From NCBI GenBank assembly GCA_001816455.1, contig MHCB01000012.1, positions 1-47,612 of the forward strand: DNA of 47,612 nucleotides, in the 5' to 3' direction. Shown in pieces: positions 37,029 to 44,850 of the stretch; within the stretch, counting starts at the first letter, position 1; each line of letters begins with the position of its first letter. Below the pieces are notes generated by a model. The model did no database searches. It had not been told where the DNA came from and worked only from the letters and a program-made list of their open reading frames with translations. The stretch is from Candidatus Blackburnbacteria bacterium RIFCSPHIGHO2_12_FULL_44_25 (GTDB taxonomy: Bacteria; Patescibacteriota; Microgenomatia; UBA8517; UBA10165). A program made the translations under genes and the position numbers.

Positions 37029-37932
37029 AAAGACAATATCGTTTATTTTAGTAGTTCTCCTTTTTATTTTTTTGTTTTGGAAAATATTTACGGACTTTGA
37101 CCAAATAAAAAACATTCAATGGAAACTTGATACAAAAGATACAATTTTATTGTTAGCAACACTCCTTCTCGGGCCATTTGTGAATACAATCTCCTGGCAT
37201 TTATATACAAAGGCGTTAGGAGGAAATATCAGCTTCCTCGACAACTCAAAAATCTGGACCATTTCAAACGCCGCACGATTTATTCCTGGAAGCATATGGC
37301 AATATGCCGGACGTGTCTATTTGCTGTCTCAAAAGGGCGTGAGTAAAACTTTTACAACAACAGCACTCGTCCTGGAGGCATTTTTCAATATAGGGGGAGC
37401 GAGCGTGATTGTACTTCTTGCGTTAAAATTGTTTCCCTTAAACATTCCCATTTATATACAGAAAGGTCTTTTTCCGCTTGTCATTTTTTTGTGCATAGTG
37501 CTTATTCTACTTACTGGCAGTAGGGTGAAATTTATTGAGAAGACAATTAGAGAATTACTCAAAAACGATAGTCTAAAAATAAACAAAATCCAAAAGAGGT
37601 GGCTTCCATTAATAGCAATTAGTGTTTTTACGCAATTCTTGCTTACAGGACTTTCGCTTTATTTTATTAGCTTAGGCTTAGGAGTTAATTCCTCAGCAGG
37701 AGTAATACCATATATTGGAATTTATGCGGCGTCCTGGCTTGTGGGGTATCTTACTTTTTTGGCTCCATCAGGCTTAGGCCTTAGAGAGGCCTCCATCGCT
37801 GGGCTGATGAGCCTTTATGTTCCACTTGCTCTCGGAAGTTTGATAGCAATTCTGTTCCGGCTTGCAACTCTTGTGAGCGAGGCAATAATGATTGCTGTTA
37901 TTTTTGTGTTAACTCGAAAAAAGTCCCCTTGA
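37018..37932 (+). CDS. LPG-synthase-TM / flippase-like domain membrane protein
   Basis: ARFIPGSIW..GRV, WLVGYL..APSGLGLREA, FRL; ~8 TM. Confidence 0.85.
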   Translation: MKIKKTISFILVVLLFIFLFWKIFTDFDQIKNIQWKLDTKDTILLLATLLLGPFVNTISWHLYTKALGGNISFLDNSKIWTISNAARFIPGSIWQYAGRVYLLSQKGVSKTFTTTALVLEAFFNIGGASVIVLLALKLFPLNIPIYIQKGLFPLVIFLCIVLILLTGSRVKFIEKTIRELLKNDSLKINKIQKRWLPLIAISVFTQFLLTGLSLYFISLGLGVNSSAGVIPYIGIYAASWLVGYLTFLAPSGLGLREASIAGLMSLYVPLALGSLIAILFRLATLVSEAIMIAVIFVLTRKKSP

Positions 37933-37957
37933 ACTTATTTAACAGCACGTCTATACT
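37929..37957 (+). promoter_or_regulatory. Sigma70-like promoter TTGAAC-17-TATACT
   Basis: -35 at 37929-37934, -10 at 37952-37957, 10 nt before GTG 37968. Confidence 0.55.
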
Positions 37958-37967
37958 ATTCAAACAA

Positions 37968-38501
37968 GTGAAGAAACTATCAAGCCTCATAATAAGCACA
38001 CTATTTCTTTTTGCGGTAGTATCCCCCGCAAGTGCACAGGAATCCGCAACTCACTCAGCAGATACGCCAATAGATTCATATACTCTTTTCTGGCCCCTCT
38101 CTCCGGGAAAAACAGAAGGCAATAAGCTTTATTCTTTAAAAATACTTAAGGAAAACGTTCTTGGCCTATTTGCTTTTAATGAATCTGAAAAGGTTGATTA
38201 CCAAGTAATGCTTGGAACAAAAAGGATACTTGGGGCAGAAAAACTTATTAAAGAGAACAAGCCTGATATGGCAAAGAAAACTCTTAATAGAGCAAGTAAT
38301 AACTTTTCTAAAGCTTACAGTTTGGCCAAGTCCGCAGCAGACAGAAGAAAGTTTAATGCAAGCAAAGTAAGAAGAGATAGGCTAATTAATGTAAAAATCT
38401 TAATTGACTCTCTGAAGGCGTCTGCCCCAAGCGACTTAAGCAATGATCTTGATATGGCTAAGAACAACGCACAAAGACTGCTTGCAGACTATTTGCCTTA
38501 A
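37968..38501 (+). CDS. Secreted helical protein, DUF5667-like
   Basis: Signal peptide MKKLSSLIISTLFLFAVVSPASA|Q. YTLFWPLSPG...LYSLKILKENV...KRILGAEKL resembles the DUF5667 pattern (recalled, not searched). Confidence 0.7.
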   Translation: MKKLSSLIISTLFLFAVVSPASAQESATHSADTPIDSYTLFWPLSPGKTEGNKLYSLKILKENVLGLFAFNESEKVDYQVMLGTKRILGAEKLIKENKPDMAKKTLNRASNNFSKAYSLAKSAADRRKFNASKVRRDRLINVKILIDSLKASAPSDLSNDLDMAKNNAQRLLADYLP

Positions 38502-38518
38502 GATTATTATTTTGTAAC

Positions 38519-40651
38519 TTAATTTTCGAAACTAAGAACGCGAAGACTAATATCCGGAAGCTCACAAGGATAATTTTTAGGAGCGACAAGTTTTATATAT
38601 TGGGCTTCCTCTCCTGGAAAAAGAAAAACAAAGTCAGCACCATAGCCCGCAATCTCCCTTTCTCCGAAATTGTTTACGCTTTCATCTTTTTGAAAAAACT
38701 GATTATTGTCTCTGGAGGTATAAACAGCTGCGCCTATCAATTTATCCTTGCATTCAGTTGACGGAAATGAGAACGTCAACGCCTTAAGCTTCTTAATTTC
38801 GTAAAGTGAAATAAGGACTTCTTTTTTGCCTTCCCTAACAGAATATGTTCTCTTGAACTGTTGAGGTGTGGCTGTCAAATCCAGACCTTCCTTAAGGTGT
38901 TGCTTGTCATTCTTCCATATTTTTAATATTGGAACACCGTCAACCTTTACTGAATATATCTCATTTAGAAAATTATCCAAATATTTCTGTCTAAAAGTAT
39001 CCCCAAACATATCCTGCCCAACAATAAGCAGCATTTGGTACTCTTCTTCTTGGTTATAACCACTTCTTGAGCCATTGGAAAAGTCAATATCTTCTCGAAG
39101 AGATAGGCGTGATATGTTTTGTGCGTTTCCAGTAACTAACGCAATTCGCGCTCTTGGCTCCGCATTCTTATTTAGCCACTTTATACCCTGAAGGTATACG
39201 TTACCGTAAGTATTGCCATATCCTGGAAAGTCACGAGCTGCAGCGCCCTTCAGGCCTCCAATAAACGAATTAAAATAGACGTTCTGGTTGGGATGTATTT
39301 CTTTTAACTCCCAAAGAATGGGTACAAAACACAGAACGATTAAAAACGACGCAAGTTTTTGCGGGACAATTTTTGCCAAAGAATTTCTTAAAAACAATGC
39401 CCCAACGCCTGCTATCATTCCCATGGGGGCAATAAATTCAATAATTTGCCTGAGTCCTCCATATATGTTGGTTATCGAAAGAGTTACCCTAAGAATTGTG
39501 AAGTAAAATAAAGTAAGCCAAAGAACCGTTACATAGTTTTTTTCTTTGAATTTGAATATGGCAACGATTGTTCCTATAAAAAATAAGACTAAAGAAACAG
39601 GGGGCATCGTGTATAGCAAATACCGTAAAGAGATCGTTTGTGTACACTTAGTAAACCAGGGAATTGTGAGATACGAAAAATTACACGTAGACCCACCAAT
39701 ATCCTTGTAATACGTCAAAACTTCATAAAGGCGATGGATTGGAGAATTCCACAATGCAGGCCAAGCTAAAAAGAAAACCGTAAATACAATTAGGGGGTAG
39801 GCCAGAAGCGCAAATAATACTTTCTTAGGATATAGAGTTAGAATCGAGTTAAGAAGTCTCCCAAATGATAACTTTTTCTTTGATAGCTTTTGCCTTACTT
39901 GTGCGCTGCTATAAAGAATAACCCAGGGCAATAGAATGAAAGGAGCAAATACAAAATTAAGTTTAGTACCAAAAGAAGCACCTCCGGCAAGAGCAGAGAT
40001 TAATATATAAAACACATTTTTTCTTGTCAGCCCCAACCAGAAAAAGTAAAGAGAGGTTATGAAAAAAGCAGCCATTGGGGGATCTTTAACGTTTAAGTGT
40101 TGCTCAGCAAAAAGAAGCGGAAAGGTATAAACAGTTAACGCAGCGACCACCGACGCAAAAGTACCGAATGTATTTTTTACCCAAATTGAAACAATTAAAA
40201 CAAGTAAAAATGTTGTTATTACGCTATAGAGATGGTAAGCGGGAACATCTTCAACTAAGCCCAGGCTCTTGAAAAAGACACCATTACTTACAGCAAGCAT
40301 TATATCGCTGAATGCTGGGTGGCCATAGGTCGTCTGTGCAACCCGACTATTAAAATCTAAAAGGTGACTTTCATATTCGCTGACCCTAACTTTCCTATGT
40401 CTATCACAGACCTCACCGGTAGCCAAATCTATGCGAGAGTTTAGGTTATATTCACTTTTACAAAGACTGGGCAAATCAGAATAGTCAGTCTTGCCAGATA
40501 GAATATATCGCAAATATGCCTGTCCTCGGGCAAAATGAATCGGGGAATCCCAATTCATTCCGTAGTCATATATAGTTGCAAGCGATAAAACAAAAAGTAG
40601 TACGGGTGCAAGAAGATAACCAAAGCGACGTATCACATTAGATTTTACCAT
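38519..40651 (-). CDS. GT39/PMT-like GT-C glycosyltransferase with C-terminal beta-rich (discoidin-like) domain; paralog of 42721-44850
   Basis: 710 aa. DYGMNWDSP, HLNVKDPP, GTKLN, IYGGLRQ, HPNQNVYFN..GGL, YLQGIKWLNKNAEP. Confidence 0.8.
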   Translation of the reverse strand: MVKSNVIRRFGYLLAPVLLFVLSLATIYDYGMNWDSPIHFARGQAYLRYILSGKTDYSDLPSLCKSEYNLNSRIDLATGEVCDRHRKVRVSEYESHLLDFNSRVAQTTYGHPAFSDIMLAVSNGVFFKSLGLVEDVPAYHLYSVITTFLLVLIVSIWVKNTFGTFASVVAALTVYTFPLLFAEQHLNVKDPPMAAFFITSLYFFWLGLTRKNVFYILISALAGGASFGTKLNFVFAPFILLPWVILYSSAQVRQKLSKKKLSFGRLLNSILTLYPKKVLFALLAYPLIVFTVFFLAWPALWNSPIHRLYEVLTYYKDIGGSTCNFSYLTIPWFTKCTQTISLRYLLYTMPPVSLVLFFIGTIVAIFKFKEKNYVTVLWLTLFYFTILRVTLSITNIYGGLRQIIEFIAPMGMIAGVGALFLRNSLAKIVPQKLASFLIVLCFVPILWELKEIHPNQNVYFNSFIGGLKGAAARDFPGYGNTYGNVYLQGIKWLNKNAEPRARIALVTGNAQNISRLSLREDIDFSNGSRSGYNQEEEYQMLLIVGQDMFGDTFRQKYLDNFLNEIYSVKVDGVPILKIWKNDKQHLKEGLDLTATPQQFKRTYSVREGKKEVLISLYEIKKLKALTFSFPSTECKDKLIGAAVYTSRDNNQFFQKDESVNNFGEREIAGYGADFVFLFPGEEAQYIKLVAPKNYPCELPDISLRVLSFEN

Positions 40652-40663
40652 TTTCTAAGTAAC

Positions 40664-40692
40664 TTGCACCCTTACCGTCAAAATCCTACAAT
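40664..40692 (+). promoter_or_regulatory. Sigma70-like promoter TTGCAC-17-TACAAT in divergent gap
   Basis: -35 at 40664-40669, -10 at 40687-40692. Confidence 0.55.
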
Positions 40693-40726
40693 CGTGGAAT
40701 GGGCTATTGGTTAGCAAAAGAATCAT

Positions 40727-41506
40727 ATGATTAAGAAAATAATGAAAAAAGTCTGGATTAGTTTCTCCGAAAAACTCGGAACAAGCATTATCCATCCGCA
40801 ATTTTTACTTATTAAATTCCAAAAAGAAGGAATCGAAACAGCAAAGAAATATGCAAAAGGTAAGCTTCTTGATATTGGTTGCGGCCGGATGCCATACAGA
40901 AAAGCATTTCTACCTTTTGTGGATTCCTACACTGGTGTCGATCATCCCGAAATTTCGAGTCTCTATTCTTCAGATATAAAACCCGATGTACTTGCAGACG
41001 CAAAAGAACTTCCCTTTCCCAAAAATACTTTTGACATTGCGTTAATGTTTCAAGTTTTAGAACATGTAGATTCACCAGACAAAGTTATAAAGGAGGCGGG
41101 TAGAATTTTGAAGCCAAACGGAATACTTATTATTACCGTGCCATTTTTTTATCCTCTACATGACATGCCCCATGATTGGGGAAGGTATACAAGCACTGCA
41201 CTTAAGTCTTACGTCAAAGAGGCATCGTTAAATATTGTCAAAATAAAAGCAAATGGAAGCTTCTTTCAATTTTGGCTTCAGTCTTTGAACACGTTTTTGG
41301 TTAAACGAATAAACGACATGTTATCCGATAAATTAAGTTTCAAATCAGCATTTATTGTTCCTGTTGCAGTTATTTCGGTTCCAATAATCTTAGTAAATAA
41401 TTTACTAATAGTTTTGGTCGGCTTATTGTCAGGAGTATTCCCAGAATATCCCAACTATTTTCCCTTAGACTACCTTGTTGTTGCGAAGAAAACTTCTAAA
41501 GCATAA
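40727..41506 (+). CDS. Class I SAM-dependent methyltransferase (glycan-locus type)
   Basis: LLDIGCGRMPY, TGVD, ADAKELPF...FD, VLEHV, RILKPNG, HDMPHDWGRYT. Confidence 0.92.
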   Translation: MIKKIMKKVWISFSEKLGTSIIHPQFLLIKFQKEGIETAKKYAKGKLLDIGCGRMPYRKAFLPFVDSYTGVDHPEISSLYSSDIKPDVLADAKELPFPKNTFDIALMFQVLEHVDSPDKVIKEAGRILKPNGILIITVPFFYPLHDMPHDWGRYTSTALKSYVKEASLNIVKIKANGSFFQFWLQSLNTFLVKRINDMLSDKLSFKSAFIVPVAVISVPIILVNNLLIVLVGLLSGVFPEYPNYFPLDYLVVAKKTSKA

Positions 41507-41510
41507 AAAC

Positions 41511-42734
41511 ATGAGCAAAACGACAAAAGTCTTAGTATTAACAAGCTCCTTCCCAAGGCATAAAAACGACTGGTGGCAACGCACAATCTTATGCATTTAT
41601 AGCAATATGGATTTGAAAAAATATTCCGTTACTGTTGTTGCTCCGACTGGGCCAGACTCATTAATTTCAGAGAAAATTGATGGAATAAATGTTAGAAGGT
41701 TCAATTATTTCTATCCAAGATCCCTACAAGTTCTTACGTCAGGAGAGGGCATACTTTATAGCAGCAAGAAAAATAAAATGTTGGGTAGGATCCAGATGTT
41801 TACTTTTATTCTTGCTGAATTCTTTACAGCTTTAAGGTTGTTGACGCAGGAAAAGTTCGACATCATACATGCAAATTGGATTATTCCTCAAGGATTTATA
41901 GCAATTATTTTAGGATTTATTTTCCAAAAGAGAGTAGTAATAACAGTACATGGCACAGATGTTTTTGCTCTGAAGAAATTAAACTTTATTAAAGCCTTCA
42001 TTCTCAAGCATTGCGATCTGTGTACTGCAAACAGTTCGGCTACTAGAGACGCCGTAAAAGAAATATATCCAAAAGCAAAAGTAGAAATAGCATACATGGG
42101 AGTTGATATAAAATTATTCAATCCACTTAAACGTAACAAATTGTGGATGGACCGATTTGGGAGTAACCCAAAAATAATTTTAGGCGTAGGAAGATTGATT
42201 AAATGGAAAGGCTTTGAATATCTCATAAAAGCATATGCCCTAGTTTTAAAGTCGATTCCAAATACAAAACTAGTTTTAATTGGCAAAGGTCCAGAAGAAG
42301 AAGCCTTAAGAAAGTTGGCAAAGAAACTAGATCTTGAAGAAAACGAAGATGTATTTCTTATGGGAACATTTGGTCCAGATAAATTGCCTATGATTTACGC
42401 ATCAAGTAATTTAGTCGTTTCACCATCAATAACAATTGCCAAGACGGGAGAAAAGGAAGGCCAAGGGAATGTTGTACTAGAAGCACGTGCTTCAGGAATT
42501 CCTGTGATAGCAAGTAGGTCAGGTGGTCTTATCGATACGGTTGACGGAGAAAAAAATGGGCTTTTATTTGAGGAAAGAGACTACAAAGAGCTTTCCAAAA
42601 AAATTATTTCGGTTCTTTCAAATGATACGTTAAGAAAAAATCTCTCCAAAAACGGATTGACATATGTAAGAGAGAACTTTTCTTGGGAAAATACAAGTTC
42701 AAGATTTTGCAAGCTGTATGATGAAATTCTCTAA
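41511..42734 (+). CDS. GT4 (GT-B) glycosyltransferase
   Basis: LTSSFPR, IHANWIIPQG, TVHGTD, VGRLIKWKG, EGQGNVVLEA. ATG 41511. Confidence 0.93.
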   Translation: MSKTTKVLVLTSSFPRHKNDWWQRTILCIYSNMDLKKYSVTVVAPTGPDSLISEKIDGINVRRFNYFYPRSLQVLTSGEGILYSSKKNKMLGRIQMFTFILAEFFTALRLLTQEKFDIIHANWIIPQGFIAIILGFIFQKRVVITVHGTDVFALKKLNFIKAFILKHCDLCTANSSATRDAVKEIYPKAKVEIAYMGVDIKLFNPLKRNKLWMDRFGSNPKIILGVGRLIKWKGFEYLIKAYALVLKSIPNTKLVLIGKGPEEEALRKLAKKLDLEENEDVFLMGTFGPDKLPMIYASSNLVVSPSITIAKTGEKEGQGNVVLEARASGIPVIASRSGGLIDTVDGEKNGLLFEERDYKELSKKIISVLSNDTLRKNLSKNGLTYVRENFSWENTSSRFCKLYDEIL

Positions 42735-44850
42735 AAACAGCAAAGGACTTAGCATTCTTATCGTTCCGATTATATATTTAGTCATTGCTGTCTGTACTTT
42801 AAAAGACTATGGTATTAATTGGGACACCCCAAAACACCTTACTCGCGGACAGTCTTATCTTCATTTTATCTTAACAGGCAAACACGACTTTTTAGACGTG
42901 CCACCATACCCTCAAATGAAAGGCGCCCCGGATTATGTTGATAACAATGTCGACCCCCCAACAAGAGGGCAGCCCGCAAAAGAAAATTCCATAGAGGCAG
43001 GAATTCGCAGAAGTTACTTTCAGTCTGACTTTTACACTTTTGATTATTTTATGACCAAACATGAACATACACATCCCGAAGTAAACGGTCTGCTGGCAGC
43101 ATTTACCAACTTTGTTTTTTACCAAAAACTGGGACTGGTAGGGGACATCGAAGCTTACCACCTGTTTATCATATTTTTAACCTTTGCAATTTCCGTAGCC
43201 ATTGCCGTGTGGACCCATAAAAACTTCGGTGTCTTTGCCTCTGTGATAGCCACAAGTTCCATGGTAATGTACCCACTTGTATTTGCAGAATCCCACTTCA
43301 ACGTCAAAGACCCAGTTCTTATGTCGTTTTTTGGTCTTGCGATTCTGACCTTCTGGTATGGTTTTTCAAAAAACAAATCTTCACACATCCTAGTCTCAGC
43401 TGTTCTTGCTGGATTCTCCCTGGGAACCAAATTTAACACCTTTTTCTTGCCGGTAATACTCGCCCCCTGGGCTTTATCTGTCCTGTGGCAAAGATATAAA
43501 AACGCAAAGGCCAAGAAATTTAACTTAACCACTCTTCTCGGAGGGCGCTCTATGTTTATTAGCATGCTGTTCTACCCCATCATTATATTTGGCATTCTTT
43601 ATGTGTTTTCTCCATATTTATGGTCGGATCCTGTAAACCGCTTTCTGGAAATAGTCGGCTTCTACAGGGAAATTGGAAGAAGCACGCCTGGCGAGCAATC
43701 CCAGTTTATAGTAGGCGGTTGGAATACTTACCCATTAGTTTGGATTGCATACACAACACCAATACCAATACTCTTATTGTCCTTTGTTGGATTACCGTAC
43801 TCCGTTTTTTTGTTTGTTAGGAAAAGAAGTGAAACCGCTCTACTTGTGTTGTTGTGGTTTCTGGTGCCGATCTTTCGCGCAATCTGGCCCGGTATGAATA
43901 TATACGGTGGAGTTCGACAAATTATGGAGTTTGTCCCGGCCATGGCAATCCTTGCCGGAATAGGTGCTTTGCTTCTCGTTAGATTGTCAAAAGTTTTTAT
44001 CCCTATTATTGTTTTTTCGCTGATTTTTGTGGGCTACGAACTGTTTGTAATCCATCCCAATCAAAACGTTTACTTCAATCAATTGGTAGGTGGTTTACCT
44101 GGGGCTTACGATAAAAAAATTCCATCCTGGGGTAACTCATACGGCAATATATATCTCCAGGGAATAGAATGGTTAAATAAAAACGCTGAACCAAACGCCA
44201 AGGTTGCTTTGGGATGGAACTATATAAGCGCTATTCCGAGATTAAAATTAAGGCAAGACATATATCTTGATAACGCCTATTGGAGCGGCCCTCGCCATGA
44301 AGGCGAGTATTTAATAGAAACGTATGACAGCAACCCATTACAAGAACGCTATAAATACGCATATTATGAAACATTTCTAGAGCCTGTTTATCAAGTAAAG
44401 GTTGATGGGGTTCCTTTACTCAAGGTTTGGAAAAACTCATTTGAATACTCAAAAGCGGGTTTCGGTAATGAAACCATAATAAAACCCGAGTCAGTACTAA
44501 TAGATGATGTACGAGTCCCTCCTGGTGCCTTTCAAAAGAGGCTAAAAATACAATTCGCAAAAGAGATTTATCTGGCAAAGTTAATTATTGACCATTCTCC
44601 AGACAACTGCGAAGCCCAAAATGGAGTAGGGTTTGTTGAGATTTCCCCAGACGGCAAAAACTGGACAAGAGACCAAAGTCCGCTTATCGATACAGAGGCA
44701 CCCTACTTAACCCCAGACATGGACGAAAACACTTTCGTTTTTATGTTTCCAGCAAAATTAGCCAGCGGAATTCTTCTTAACTCTGAAAGAGAGACTCCGT
44801 GTATTTTGAAAGACTACAAAGTCACAGTTTGGGGATCAAAAGGACAATGA
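42721..44850 (+). CDS. GT39/PMT-like GT-C glycosyltransferase with C-terminal discoidin-like domain; paralog of 38519-40651
   Basis: DYGINWDTP, HFNVKDPV, GTKFN, IYGGVRQ, HPNQNVYFN..GGL, VEISPDGKNW. Start 42718 or 42721. Confidence 0.8.
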   Translation: MKFSKNSKGLSILIVPIIYLVIAVCTLKDYGINWDTPKHLTRGQSYLHFILTGKHDFLDVPPYPQMKGAPDYVDNNVDPPTRGQPAKENSIEAGIRRSYFQSDFYTFDYFMTKHEHTHPEVNGLLAAFTNFVFYQKLGLVGDIEAYHLFIIFLTFAISVAIAVWTHKNFGVFASVIATSSMVMYPLVFAESHFNVKDPVLMSFFGLAILTFWYGFSKNKSSHILVSAVLAGFSLGTKFNTFFLPVILAPWALSVLWQRYKNAKAKKFNLTTLLGGRSMFISMLFYPIIIFGILYVFSPYLWSDPVNRFLEIVGFYREIGRSTPGEQSQFIVGGWNTYPLVWIAYTTPIPILLLSFVGLPYSVFLFVRKRSETALLVLLWFLVPIFRAIWPGMNIYGGVRQIMEFVPAMAILAGIGALLLVRLSKVFIPIIVFSLIFVGYELFVIHPNQNVYFNQLVGGLPGAYDKKIPSWGNSYGNIYLQGIEWLNKNAEPNAKVALGWNYISAIPRLKLRQDIYLDNAYWSGPRHEGEYLIETYDSNPLQERYKYAYYETFLEPVYQVKVDGVPLLKVWKNSFEYSKAGFGNETIIKPESVLIDDVRVPPGAFQKRLKIQFAKEIYLAKLIIDHSPDNCEAQNGVGFVEISPDGKNWTRDQSPLIDTEAPYLTPDMDENTFVFMFPAKLASGILLNSERETPCILKDYKVTVWGSKGQ

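Noticed and set aside
6600..44847. Longest-ORF starts in the track (6600, 8053, 10636, 13299, 33746, 34992, 37929, 41475, 44799)
   Set aside because: They create long overlaps with upstream genes. Downstream ATG/GTG codons with stop-start coupling or promoter spacing fit better, so starts were reassigned.
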